Shown here in pieces: positions 9,694 to 19,621 of a DNA stretch of 64,000 nt. Numbering within the stretch: the stretch's first letter is position 1; each line of letters starts with the position of its first letter. The notes beneath the pieces are model-generated. The model had not been told where the DNA came from. It ran no database searches and saw only the letters and a program-made list of their open reading frames with translations. This stretch comes from Vampirovibrionaceae bacterium NZW_1234 (lineage in GTDB: Bacteria; Cyanobacteriota; Vampirovibrionia; Vampirovibrionales; JAGQHJ01). The position numbers were made by a program, and so were the translations under genes. The DNA is taken from NCBI GenBank assembly GCA_041697335.1, contig JBGUGD010000002.1, positions 64,001 to 128,000 of the forward strand. Direction: 5' to 3'.

Positions 9694-10938
9694 ATGACCG
9701 ACATTCTGAAAAAAAGCATTACAGACCTGCCGGATTCGGCATTTGATGGAAAGCGTGTCCTGGTTAGAACCGATTTTAACGTTCCCCAAAATCCGGATGG
9801 TTCTATCTCCAGTGATTATCGAATTCGCGAAAGTTTGCCCACATTGGAGTATCTGTTGCAGCGACAGGCACGTGTTATCGTCATGTCCCACCTGGGACGA
9901 CCCAAGGGTGCGCCGGATCCGAAATATTCCCTGAAACCGGTTTATGAGCGTCTGAAGTCATTGTTACCCAACGCCACGGTTCTTTGGTCCGATGCTGTTA
10001 CCGGTCCCACCGTGAAGGCACAGGTCGATGAATTGCGACCGGGATCCGTGCTTCTGTTGGAGAACGTACGTTTCGAGCCCGGTGAAACCAAGAATGATCC
10101 AGCCTTGGCCAAGGAACTGGCCAGTTATGCCGATATTTATGTGGATGATGCCTTTGGGGCGGTCCATCGGGCACACAGTTCCACGGCGGGTGTCGCCGAT
10201 GCTTTACAGGAGAAGGTGGCAGGGTTGTTGTTGACCCGTGAACTTAAAGCTCTGCATGTCCTGATGACCAGTCCTGATCGCCCTTACACAGCCATTATTG
10301 GCGGAAGCAAAGTGTCAACCAAGATCGATGTCCTTATGGAGCTGCTCAAGTCCGTTAACAATATTGTTATTGGCGGCGGCATGGTGTTTACGTTCCTGAA
10401 GGCCAAGGGATATGATGTGGGCAACTCTCTGGTGGAAGATGATTACATTGAAACGGCCAAAAAATTAATGGACGAAGCCCAGGCTCGTGACAAAGCCATT
10501 GTGTTGCCCCAGGATGTGGTGATTGCCGATAAGTTTGCCGCCGATGCCAATGTCCAGATTGTCACCTGTGGCAGCATCCCGGATGGGTGGATGGGTTTGG
10601 ATTTAGGTCCGGAGTCCACGGAACGGATTATTGGCGTTATCAAGAATTCGAAAACCGTTTTCTGGAATGGGCCTCTGGGTGTGTTTGAATTTCCGGCCTT
10701 TGCCAAGTCCACAGAAATCGTTGCGCGGACGTTGGCTCAATTGACCCAGGAAGGTTTGATTTGCAGTGTTCTGGGGGGTGGCGATACCCAGGCCGCAATT
10801 GAACTCTTCGGGCTCACTCCGGACCGCTTCACACACGTAAGTACAGGTGGTGGCGCTACGCTGGAGCTTTTGGAAGGTAAAGCTCTGCCGGGTATTGTTG
10901 CGCTGAACGATAAAGTTCCAACCGCTACGGGCGTTTAG
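9694..10938 (+). CDS. pgk: Phosphoglycerate kinase
   Basis: RTDFNVP, SHLGRPKG, LLENVRF, WNGPLGVFE, HVSTGGGA. Confidence 0.98.
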   Translation: MTDILKKSITDLPDSAFDGKRVLVRTDFNVPQNPDGSISSDYRIRESLPTLEYLLQRQARVIVMSHLGRPKGAPDPKYSLKPVYERLKSLLPNATVLWSDAVTGPTVKAQVDELRPGSVLLLENVRFEPGETKNDPALAKELASYADIYVDDAFGAVHRAHSSTAGVADALQEKVAGLLLTRELKALHVLMTSPDRPYTAIIGGSKVSTKIDVLMELLKSVNNIVIGGGMVFTFLKAKGYDVGNSLVEDDYIETAKKLMDEAQARDKAIVLPQDVVIADKFAADANVQIVTCGSIPDGWMGLDLGPESTERIIGVIKNSKTVFWNGPLGVFEFPAFAKSTEIVARTLAQLTQEGLICSVLGGGDTQAAIELFGLTPDRFTHVSTGGGATLELLEGKALPGIVALNDKVPTATGV

Positions 10939-11212
10939 GAAAACGAGGAGGACGTGTCGGATCCAGTCCAAAAGGCTGGAGCGAATCGGCCCATTGATTG
11001 TTCAGAATATTGTATTTCAGCTGCTCGGTAATCGTGGGTGGGCTCATTGGGTAACGGCCTTCCAAACGATTGACCTGGATTTGAACAATATCGTTGGTTT
11101 CTCTGGAATAGCCTTTTAGCTCCAACGAATATTCATCGTGGTCTTCGCCCACGGCAAAGGCGGCACCTTGGAGGTTGGCGAGAAGGAGTGTCATGATGAA
11201 CCAGTGTTTCAT
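10925..11212 (-). CDS. Small secreted hypothetical protein
   Basis: Signal peptide MKHWFIMTLLLANLQGAAFA. Its end overlaps the end of pgk. Confidence 0.6.
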   Translation of the reverse strand: MKHWFIMTLLLANLQGAAFAVGEDHDEYSLELKGYSRETNDIVQIQVNRLEGRYPMSPPTITEQLKYNILNNQWADSLQPFGLDPTRPPRFPKRP

Positions 11213-11424
11213 AAGCCTTGGATCCTGTTTGAGACGTCTTTTCTTATCCTACTCAGGTTCTGTCTAAATGCGCCTCGGGGAAATAAAGGATTTCATTGTT
11301 TCGGTTGCGGTGACGTTGTTCTTGAAAGGAAAACCGATGGGTTTGAAACAACATCAACTGGATGATCCGGACGTTGGAATCAAGCATAATAGAGGTTGGT
11401 ATTCGTTTGCAGGATAAGGAATGG

Positions 11425-12063
11425 ATGATGCAGTTTTCCCGGGAAGAACTCGATAGACGGTTGCTGGAGACAGCATCCATTGAAACGCGCATCCAGCTTG
11501 TGGATTCCCCTTTGTATCAAGCATGTTTTGAGCATACTCTTGAACAATCCCAGCTGTTTTTACAGGGCAATCTGTCGCACCGAGACACGGGGCTGATTAT
11601 CATTGATGTTGATGAAACTACATTGGATAATCGCGGCTTTTATGCCCATCCCGAGGTTCAGTACTATGAGGTGGGTCATCCAGAGCAGTATGTCCGGGTG
11701 TGGCATGGGTGGTGTCAGGAGGCCAATGCGCCGGTCATTCCACCCACACAGCGTTGGTTGGACTGGGTTCAACAACAAGGGTTCCAATATGGCTTTGTGA
11801 CGGGGCGTCGTCATAAGCATCACGAATGGACCTGGCAGAATCTGGAGCGGGCCGGAGCCATTACTGCACAATGTGTCGGGTTGTTCTGCCGACCGGATGA
11901 CTGGACCGCTTCCACGGCAGAGTTTAAAACCCACCAATATGGTTTGATAGAGCAGATGGTGGAGAAAAAGATCGTTGCCATTTTGGGGGATCAGCCCGGC
12001 GATATGGGCTGGGACTGCGAGGGCAAGTTTTTGCTACCCTCGTTTGTCCTGCATACGGTATAG
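11425..12063 (+). CDS. HAD-superfamily acid phosphatase (class B/C-like)
   Basis: DVDETTLDN motif I, FVTGR motif II, conserved K, GDQPGD motif IV. TAAGGA RBS before ATG 11425. Confidence 0.85.
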   Translation: MMQFSREELDRRLLETASIETRIQLVDSPLYQACFEHTLEQSQLFLQGNLSHRDTGLIIIDVDETTLDNRGFYAHPEVQYYEVGHPEQYVRVWHGWCQEANAPVIPPTQRWLDWVQQQGFQYGFVTGRRHKHHEWTWQNLERAGAITAQCVGLFCRPDDWTASTAEFKTHQYGLIEQMVEKKIVAILGDQPGDMGWDCEGKFLLPSFVLHTV

Positions 12064-12075
12064 TTCTCAGCGAAT

Positions 12076-12528
12076 CTAGCCGGCGTTAAATTCCTGGAAG
12101 GCGCGATCGGTGGATTCCAGGTAACGCTTGGTATCGTCCAGGACCCGGTTTCGGTCGCCCAGGTATTTTTGCAATTCGGCTTTGGTTCCGACCATAAGAT
12201 ACTGATCCGATGTGCTTTTTGTGCTGGGTGTTTCGGCATGAAAATCCAAGTAGCGCTGATTGTTTCGATCCTGCTTGGGGTCGGGGTGGGACCAATGGCC
12301 GATCCGATAGGTTACTTTGCCCAGAGCGGGCATTTCTTGAGAGGCATTGAAGGCGACTTCGACGGGACGAAACGGACCGAACTCCGGAACCTCACGGTTA
12401 ACACGCGAGGCCAAAATATCGGCCGAATTTAAAATTTCGTTATCCACGGATTTCCCGAAGCGTTGCTTGCCGGTTGCCATGGCACGAGTATCAATTGGGG
12501 TTCGCATTTGAGGGATACTATATACCAT
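12076..12528 (-). CDS. Hypothetical protein with QRFG leader
   Basis: GGAGG RBS upstream; 150-aa open frame. Confidence 0.7.
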   Translation of the reverse strand: MVYSIPQMRTPIDTRAMATGKQRFGKSVDNEILNSADILASRVNREVPEFGPFRPVEVAFNASQEMPALGKVTYRIGHWSHPDPKQDRNNQRYLDFHAETPSTKSTSDQYLMVGTKAELQKYLGDRNRVLDDTKRYLESTDRAFQEFNAG

Positions 12529-12647
12529 TGTTGATTGACCTCCTGATCCACCTGTTCTAGGGGTTGTGTGCGTTTACCATGTTCTTTTGGGCTTGTTGGG
12601 TTTGACTTTAAGACGGTTGAGTGTCTTTGGGCGCCCTACCCCAGCGT

Positions 12648-14393
12648 TTAACTGGGGTAACGGGCATGGGCTTTCTTTGTATGATGATATAAGTCCTGTA
12701 AATGTAAAATGTTGTCAATGCTCAACACAGAACTTAACCCTTCGGGTAACTTGGGTGGTTGGCTGGCGACACCAAGTTCCATGTTGCGGGCGTGGATATA
12801 GCACTCGTTGAGATAGCGGTTGTAGAGCAGACGTTGCTCATCACTGAGAGCGTGAATGGCTGACTCAAAGGGTTTGAATTTTGGTTCTACAACCTTTTTG
12901 CCTGCGGGTGTGAGTTCACGATACAGGTCTTTTTTAATTCCGGCATCGTATGGCAGGTGCTCGGCATCTGCAATTCGGAGGGCGCGTTTTCCGATGATCT
13001 GGATCTCGCCGGTCACGCCATCGCCGTGATCCAAGTAGCCGCAGATGGAGGTAAACGGTGATTTGTCCGGTGCGGCTTCATAATTCCCCATTTTTACTTT
13101 CAGCCCTTTTTCGGCACAGGCGTCTTGAATGCGTTGCATGTGCTCCGGCGTGAAGTAGGGTTTTCCATTGGGCCCTCGCAGGTTATTCAACTGCTTGAGC
13201 TTGACCTTGCCATCGCGTATTCCTTTGACCAGCGCATCAACGACTTTGTTCATGCCTTCAGGCGTTGTATCTCCCACGACTAACCGGGAGCCCAGGGCGT
13301 CCCAGAGGTTATGGCGGGCTTGATCGACGGTGGTGATTTCTTTAATTTTCAGCGGTTGACCGTCTGCCCCGATTTTCACAGGATCCGTGGCCCACCCTGC
13401 CTCGACGGTACGTTGCAAGCGGTTGGCTCCTGAAACCGGCTTCTTGGCGCGAGCCTGGATCTCACCGAGGCCTGCAAAGACTTCCTGCATGACGGCCTTT
13501 TCAGCTGCCATTTTCTTTTCGAGTTGTGGATAAAGTTGCTCCATCAAGGCAATGACTTTCGGATCGCCCCCTTCTGCTACGGCAGGCGTGGTTTTCACTG
13601 CTGTTTCATTGGCCACGCGTGTGGTTTGTCCCTTGGTGGCTGTTTTGTTGGCAGCGGCTGTCTTGGTGACTTTTGCCGCTTGGAACTTGTGGACAACACC
13701 GTGAATGGTGCCACCCATGACGCCACCGCCAATGGCGCCTGCAACGATGGATGACACCCCAGCACTGTGGGCTTCACTCAGGTTCAGGCTGCCCGTCTTT
13801 TTGTAATTGTCATAGGCGCTATGGGCAAATCCGGAAATGTAGCCAATGGCAGCCCCATCTGCAGCCCCATGGGCAGCACCGCCCAGAATGGCTCGTTTCA
13901 GGGTTTGCTGGCCAATGGCTTTAACCGTAATCTCTTTGGTGGCTTCCTTGGTCAGCTGGATACCGAGGCGACTGGCTGCGGTCCCGGCTAATTTGCCAAA
14001 GCCGCCAGGAATGGCGCCAATGGCTGTATCGATCATAACCGTACCCCAGTCAATTTTGCCTGTAGTCAGCTTTTGATCTACGGCACTGGATACTCCTGAG
14101 GCTAAGGCCGCCGCTGCCATGGCCCCTGGCGGTCCACCTGCCAGTCCGCCGACAATGCCGGCACCGACGATGAAACCGATTTTGACAGCCTCTTTACCCC
14201 ATTTTAAATACCAGGGTGTGTTATCTTCCTGATGTTGCTGTTGCTGCTGTTGAACTCGTTGCGGTGCTACAGGTGGGCCAAATTGGTTGAGGCCCATGCC
14301 CGCATCGGGTTGACCGACTGCAAAAAGTCCTGGATTGTGTGGTGCCGCAAAAGGTGCATGCCCCGGAATGACGCGATTCCCTGCTCCTAACAA
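12648..14393 (-). CDS. Effector-like protein: glycine-zipper hydrophobic region plus RelA/SpoT-like synthetase domain
   Basis: Gly/Ala-rich hydrophobic helices (GFIVGAGIVGGLAGG, KIDWGTVMIDTAIGAIPGG). C-terminal RAKKPVS, DALGSR, GEIQI, AEHLPY. TTG start follows a GGGGGG RBS. Confidence 0.7.
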   Translation of the reverse strand: MLGAGNRVIPGHAPFAAPHNPGLFAVGQPDAGMGLNQFGPPVAPQRVQQQQQQHQEDNTPWYLKWGKEAVKIGFIVGAGIVGGLAGGPPGAMAAAALASGVSSAVDQKLTTGKIDWGTVMIDTAIGAIPGGFGKLAGTAASRLGIQLTKEATKEITVKAIGQQTLKRAILGGAAHGAADGAAIGYISGFAHSAYDNYKKTGSLNLSEAHSAGVSSIVAGAIGGGVMGGTIHGVVHKFQAAKVTKTAAANKTATKGQTTRVANETAVKTTPAVAEGGDPKVIALMEQLYPQLEKKMAAEKAVMQEVFAGLGEIQARAKKPVSGANRLQRTVEAGWATDPVKIGADGQPLKIKEITTVDQARHNLWDALGSRLVVGDTTPEGMNKVVDALVKGIRDGKVKLKQLNNLRGPNGKPYFTPEHMQRIQDACAEKGLKVKMGNYEAAPDKSPFTSICGYLDHGDGVTGEIQIIGKRALRIADAEHLPYDAGIKKDLYRELTPAGKKVVEPKFKPFESAIHALSDEQRLLYNRYLNECYIHARNMELGVASQPPKLPEGLSSVLSIDNILHLQDLYHHTKKAHARYPS

Positions 14394-14731
14394 GAATCTT
14401 CCCCCCTAACTGATCATCTTCCCTTGAAGTAACTACATATTCCTCTGTGGATATAAAAACGTCATTGGTATTATTTGTTGCTATGGTTGTAGAAAGGTGA
14501 ATTAAGTTGTTTTTATCCGGTTTTGAAAACTTCCTGGCTTTTTCAATCCAGGCGGGTATTCATGGCTTCGTCTGTCCCGAATCGGCGGGATTTCTAAGAA
14601 GGGCTCCAAAGTCTGATTGACGCTTGTGATTTAGGTGATACACTGAACAACAATTTAACGTCGTATTTGATACGAATATTGAGGATTCACGTCATTCTGT
14701 TCTCGGTTTTTCCGTCGTTGGAGATGGTTGT

Positions 14732-15055
14732 ATGAGAGTACCCCCGACATCTTCGACCGCTCGACCGGTCGCTCTGTCCTACCCTGCTGGTCATCTTGGT
14801 CATGTTCGGCTTGGGTACTCCGGGATGGCTGATCTGGCGGCGCTTCCTGTTAGGGCTCAAAAGGCCAATGCAAGTGGGCCGCAGATGGGGCAAGCCTTTT
14901 TTGCCCCTGTCGTTTCCACACTCGTTCAGATTGCGGCTGCGGTCATTGCCGCTGTCATCGGTGCCGTGGCCTGGATAACACTAACTGCAACCAAGTCCGC
15001 AACGAAAGCCGATGATACGCAACAGGAAGATAAAGCCAAAGGGACGTTTGATTAG
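14732..15055 (+). CDS. Small hypothetical membrane protein
   Basis: Low-complexity N-terminus and one strong TM segment (LVQIAAAVIAAVIGAVAWITL). Confidence 0.6.
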   Translation: MRVPPTSSTARPVALSYPAGHLGHVRLGYSGMADLAALPVRAQKANASGPQMGQAFFAPVVSTLVQIAAAVIAAVIGAVAWITLTATKSATKADDTQQEDKAKGTFD

Positions 15056-15059
15056 GTTC

Positions 15060-16355
15060 CTAACCGATTTTGATTAACCGCGCCATGTAAAACCCATCGT
15101 GATTGAGGCTGGGTAACACATGACGCGCTTCATCCAGGGTAAATTCGGGATGTGATTTTAGAAACGTTTCTATCACGTCCTGATTTTCCGCTTTGTCGAT
15201 GCTGCATGTACTATAGATAATCGCCCCGTTTGGCTTGATATGCTGGGCTGCACTGTTCAACAAGGCGAGTTGGGTTTGGGTGTAGGTGGTAAAGGCCGCA
15301 TCTTTCAGGTTCAATAGTATTTCCGGGTGTTTCCCAATGGTGCCGCTACCCGAACAGGGTGCATCCACCACAATCCGATCAAATTGCTTGCCGAAATCAT
15401 GGAGTGACGTGGCGTCTTGGACAGCAGGGGTGACGATGGAGACACCCAATCGTTCACAATTTTCAGTCAGCAGTCGCAGACGTCGTTCAGAGATGTCAAT
15501 GGCGGTTATATGGCCTTGGTTCTGCATCAGCGCCGCCAGATGCGTAGTCTTGGTGCCGGGAGCCGCTCCGATTTCCAGAATCTCGTGACCCGGCTGAGGG
15601 GCAGTAAAGTGGGCCACCATGGCGGAAGATTCATCCTGAACCACGAAATGACCTTCTTGGTAGCCGGGCAATAAGCTTGGATCGCCAACCCCTTGCGTCA
15701 ACTGAAGTACCTCTGGAATGTTGGGGGATGGCGTTGCGTCTATGCCTTCACGATGGAGGGTTTCCAGGTAGTGGTGCGCAGACGTTTTGAGTGTATTGAC
15801 CCGGATAGAAAGGTTGGGGATACTTTGATACGCAGTGATAATCGCCTGCACCGTGGCCTCGTCGAATTGAGCGTGCAGTCGCTCCAACCACCAGGGCGGC
15901 ACCAGGGTATGAAGCTCCTGAGGCCAAGGTTTGCCCTGGCGCAGATAGGTTTGGAGCATGGCGTTGATAAAGCCTCTGCTTTTGGTGGCGAGGCCCAGGG
16001 AAGAGGCCAGATCCAGGGTGGTTGATGTGGCTGCAAAATCAGGCACGCTATCCATACGTGCCAGTTGGAACAGCCCCATTCTTAACAGCAGGCGGACCTT
16101 GGGGTCCAGCTTTTTCAAAGGCAATTTGCTTTGCTGGTCAATCAGGTGACTCAGGGAAAACCAATGACGGACAATCCCATACGTCAGGTAGGTGCAAAAT
16201 CGTTTCTCTTCTGCGGACGGGCCGTAACGTTTGAACGCCGCGCTTAGTTGCTCTTCGATATGCAGGCGATGCGTCCGCCCCAATTCCAAGGGCATCAGGA
16301 TATCGACGGCAATGCGTCGCGCAAGATTGGGTTTCGTAGACGTCTGCTGAGCCAT
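15060..16355 (-). CDS. rsmB: 16S rRNA m5C967 methyltransferase RsmB/Sun
   Basis: NusB-like N-domain, VQDESS, AAPGTKTT, DAPCSGSG, YSTCS, DGFY. Confidence 0.95.
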   Translation of the reverse strand: MAQQTSTKPNLARRIAVDILMPLELGRTHRLHIEEQLSAAFKRYGPSAEEKRFCTYLTYGIVRHWFSLSHLIDQQSKLPLKKLDPKVRLLLRMGLFQLARMDSVPDFAATSTTLDLASSLGLATKSRGFINAMLQTYLRQGKPWPQELHTLVPPWWLERLHAQFDEATVQAIITAYQSIPNLSIRVNTLKTSAHHYLETLHREGIDATPSPNIPEVLQLTQGVGDPSLLPGYQEGHFVVQDESSAMVAHFTAPQPGHEILEIGAAPGTKTTHLAALMQNQGHITAIDISERRLRLLTENCERLGVSIVTPAVQDATSLHDFGKQFDRIVVDAPCSGSGTIGKHPEILLNLKDAAFTTYTQTQLALLNSAAQHIKPNGAIIYSTCSIDKAENQDVIETFLKSHPEFTLDEARHVLPSLNHDGFYMARLIKIG

Positions 16356-16465
16356 AGATCTTATTGCTGGGCGAGGGATGTGCTATGGATCATACCAGCT
16401 TTGCGTTCAGGGACCAAGGTTCACGTGCAACCTTTCGGCCGTGAGACGTTGGCAGAGGTTGTGAC

Positions 16466-16500
16466 AAAAAAAAGAAGCTACCGATAAATTTTTCGGTAGC
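16466..16500 (-). terminator. Intrinsic terminator (minus strand)
   Basis: Minus strand reads GCTACCGA-aaaattta-TCGGTAGC followed by TTCTTTTTTTT. Confidence 0.75.
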
Positions 16501-16720
16501 GTGACTTGGGGAGGAGGTTGGGGAATTCGGGTCACCGATTTGGTTTCGGCTTCCCGTTACATAACTGTCTTCGATCGAATTGTGGAAACCTTTAGGAAAA
16601 AGTCTGTGATTTGGCTTTATACTGTTACAAATCTTTATATAGTGACATGAAAGCCGCTCTGGATTGTTTTTATGCAAATAGAACATCTCTCTTCTCCTTA
16701 TCTTCTCTCTTTTCTTTTGA

Positions 16721-16748
16721 AACCCCTATTTTGGGGTTTTTTCTTTTT
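16721..16748 (+). terminator. Intrinsic terminator-like hairpin
   Basis: AAACCCC-tattt-TGGGGTTT followed by a T-run. Confidence 0.6.
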
Positions 16749-17013
16749 GTCCAGGTGCTGTCGAAAACGGATACTGCTTGAATCCAGTCCCCCGAATAGA
16801 GGAATTTGAAAAGGAGCTCAAATCGAGCTTGATTCTTCGAAATAGCTTATCCCGATGGGGTTTCGAAGACTTTATTGAAAAAATGTTATTTTAAGATATT
16901 AGGCTAGAGTGACGATAATCGAGGTACTTTCTCTTTGCTGAACTCTACTCTTCTTAAGGAAGAGTTGGCTTTGGCTGAACATTGTGCGGATAACGTTGGA
17001 GTTATGTGGGCTT

Positions 17014-18327
17014 ATGCCAAAAGGTATTCCTTTTTACGAGTATTTTCAGGATCCGGACATAAAAAAGCCCATCGAAGAAATTTATTCCGACCTAGATCGG
17101 TATACGATGGAGACTTACGAGGACGATGATCTGACCCGGTTTACCATTGACCTCTTCGTTTTGATTCCGCCTGTCTTGTATGAAGGTGTGTTTTTGAAGG
17201 GGATGCTCTTTACCCAGTCTGCCGATATGGTGATTCGACGTTATCCTGACGTTCAAAAGCTCTTTTTCGTTATGGCATATTCCATGTGGAGTTCCTACCC
17301 CTGGTCTGCCTTGGCCGACTTTTATTTTACCTGCTATAACAACCCGCAGCGTGATGAGTGGTTCCGATCCACGAATAAAGGACGGGGTGGTAAGGTTCAT
17401 TTACCATTGGAAGACTCTGATTATACAAATGAATATAACATGGCACCTTTGTTGGGCCTGGAAAAAGATATTGATGTCATTGCTGTTGCTCGCTTACATA
17501 TTGGCAAAAATGTACCTATGATTGCTGAGATGATTAAGCTCTACCGTGAAAAGTACAATAAGCCGATTCGTTTAACTCTGGTTGTCGGAAAAGATTTTGA
17601 TATTAACTGGTCTGGTTTAGATGAATCCGAGAAGGAAGAGCTCCGCAAAGTGGAGGCTATCTTGGAACATCCCAATGAATACATTGATTTTGTACCTCGT
17701 ACGTTTCAAATCAGCAGTGATCCCAACATGAAATCTATGCCGCATTATTATTCTCGGGCCAAGGTATGTGTCCTTGGGTCACTATTGGAGGGAAAAAACC
17801 GAAGTATCAAAGAGGCTATGAGCTGCAATGTCCCTGTGATGACGTTTCGTCAGTTTAATCAATATCAGCGCAATGGTGAACCTGCATTTCCTGAGGGCGG
17901 AGGCCTCTATATTCCGGAGTTTGATGTTGAGTCGATGGCTGACACCTTGCATGAGCTTTTAGAAAACTATGGCGATTTTAAACCCCGTCAGCAGTATTTA
18001 CGTCACGCGGGTCGGAAGAAGTTCTTGAATATCTGTATGGATTCAATCCCCTATTATGAAAATAACTTACCAGGTTATGAAAAAGGTGAAAATCATTTAA
18101 ATGAATTTCTTGATCTCGCAATACAAGCGAACTACCAGATCAGTCTCATCGATTTTTTATACGGACGAAACCCTATGATTACTCATCGTCGTGGCCTGGA
18201 AGATGTTGATGGCATGATGGACTTCTTCTTTGTTCGGTTTGGCATCAGAAAGCCTCGTGAAGGACCACCTCCCGGACATCAAGAGGCTACAGGATCGGGG
18301 CAAGCTGCCAATAGCCAGCAAATGTAG
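17014..18327 (+). CDS. Glycosyltransferase (GT4/GT-B fold), paralogue 1
   Basis: VARLHIGKN and the E-X7-E motif SLLEGKNRSIKEAMSCNVPV. Start MPKG matches the other paralogues. Confidence 0.85.
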   Translation: MPKGIPFYEYFQDPDIKKPIEEIYSDLDRYTMETYEDDDLTRFTIDLFVLIPPVLYEGVFLKGMLFTQSADMVIRRYPDVQKLFFVMAYSMWSSYPWSALADFYFTCYNNPQRDEWFRSTNKGRGGKVHLPLEDSDYTNEYNMAPLLGLEKDIDVIAVARLHIGKNVPMIAEMIKLYREKYNKPIRLTLVVGKDFDINWSGLDESEKEELRKVEAILEHPNEYIDFVPRTFQISSDPNMKSMPHYYSRAKVCVLGSLLEGKNRSIKEAMSCNVPVMTFRQFNQYQRNGEPAFPEGGGLYIPEFDVESMADTLHELLENYGDFKPRQQYLRHAGRKKFLNICMDSIPYYENNLPGYEKGENHLNEFLDLAIQANYQISLIDFLYGRNPMITHRRGLEDVDGMMDFFFVRFGIRKPREGPPPGHQEATGSGQAANSQQM

Positions 18328-18343
18328 TGATAGGAGATTTTTA

Positions 18344-19621
18344 ATGCCAAGAGGTGTTTTTCCCGGTCAATACATCAATAATCCTAATATTGATAAGCCC
18401 ATTGAAGAAATTTATGCTGACATTGATGGTTACTCATGGGAAATATATGAGGATGAACCACATTGGCATACATCCAGTATGCTTTTCTTTGTCGTTCTGC
18501 CCCCGTTGTTGTATGAGGGACGTTTTATTAAAGGATTGGCATTAAGTAATTGTACGGATATGCTGGTTGAACGTTATCCTTGGTTTACAGATTTATTTTT
18601 CCCAATAGCTTATTCTATGTTCTCTTCGTATCCATGGTCTGGTTTGGCTTCCGTATATTTTACGGGTTATGATAATCCTCATCGATTAGAGTATTACAAG
18701 CGAACACACCCTGGTCGTGCGCACAAGACATTTGTCCCTTTAGAAGATTCTGATTTTATTAATGAATATGTATTCGCACCATTTCCTGGTATAGAAAAAG
18801 ATATAGACGTGCTGTGTGTTTCTAGACCATCTTTAGAAAAAAATCTTCATGTCGTGGCCAAAGCCATCAAAATCTATCACGAAAAGTATGGTCAAAAAAT
18901 ACGAATGACATTTTTAGGTGGGCGTAACTTTGACTTAAACCTTAATGGTATGGTGCCTCCGGAAAGAGATGTTTATAAACTGATTGAAGAGGCTGTTACG
19001 CATCCACGTGATTACATTAATTTTATTCCTGTTGAGATTCAAGATAAGGGTGCTTTAGCCAGTTTATATAGCAGGGCAAAAGTTTGTGTGCTGGGCTCAC
19101 TTATCGAAGGAAAAAACAGAAGCCTCAAAGAAGCAATGCTCTGTAATACTGCTGTCGTCTGTTTTAAACAGTTTAATCAATATACCCGAGCAGATGAAGA
19201 GGTCTTTCCATCAGGAGCCGGTATGTATGCTCCCGAGTTTGATCCTGAAATAATGGCAGAAACAATTCATGACGTTATAAATAATCTAGGTGATTTCAAA
19301 CCTCGACAAAGCTATCTGCCTACTTCAGGCAGACGTCGGTTTTTTAATAAGTGTGTTGATGCCATGCCCTATTATCATGAAGGTATTTTGGAATATGAGC
19401 CTGGTAAAAATCATTTAAATATTTGGCTGGATTTAGCGATGCATTCTATGTATCAAGTTGGAATCGAAGATTATATTTATGAGAAGCATACAAGAATTTC
19501 ATTTGCACGTGGACCAGAGCAGATTGAAGAGTTAATTAATTACTATGGTGTTCGCTTTGGAATCCGTCATCCATCTGTTTTAGACAAAAATAAGTCAGGA
19601 TCACAAGAGGTGTCTGTATAA
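18344..19621 (+). CDS. Glycosyltransferase (GT4/GT-B fold), paralogue 2
   Basis: AGGAG RBS; VSRPSLEKN; SLIEGKNRSLKEAMLCNTAV. Confidence 0.85.
   Translation: MPRGVFPGQYINNPNIDKPIEEIYADIDGYSWEIYEDEPHWHTSSMLFFVVLPPLLYEGRFIKGLALSNCTDMLVERYPWFTDLFFPIAYSMFSSYPWSGLASVYFTGYDNPHRLEYYKRTHPGRAHKTFVPLEDSDFINEYVFAPFPGIEKDIDVLCVSRPSLEKNLHVVAKAIKIYHEKYGQKIRMTFLGGRNFDLNLNGMVPPERDVYKLIEEAVTHPRDYINFIPVEIQDKGALASLYSRAKVCVLGSLIEGKNRSLKEAMLCNTAVVCFKQFNQYTRADEEVFPSGAGMYAPEFDPEIMAETIHDVINNLGDFKPRQSYLPTSGRRRFFNKCVDAMPYYHEGILEYEPGKNHLNIWLDLAMHSMYQVGIEDYIYEKHTRISFARGPEQIEELINYYGVRFGIRHPSVLDKNKSGSQEVSV

Noticed and set aside
16491..16503. ops-like CGGTAGCGTG upstream of the glycosyltransferases
   Set aside because: Lacks the leading GG, is explained as one arm of a minus-strand terminator, and RfaH is not expected in this lineage.
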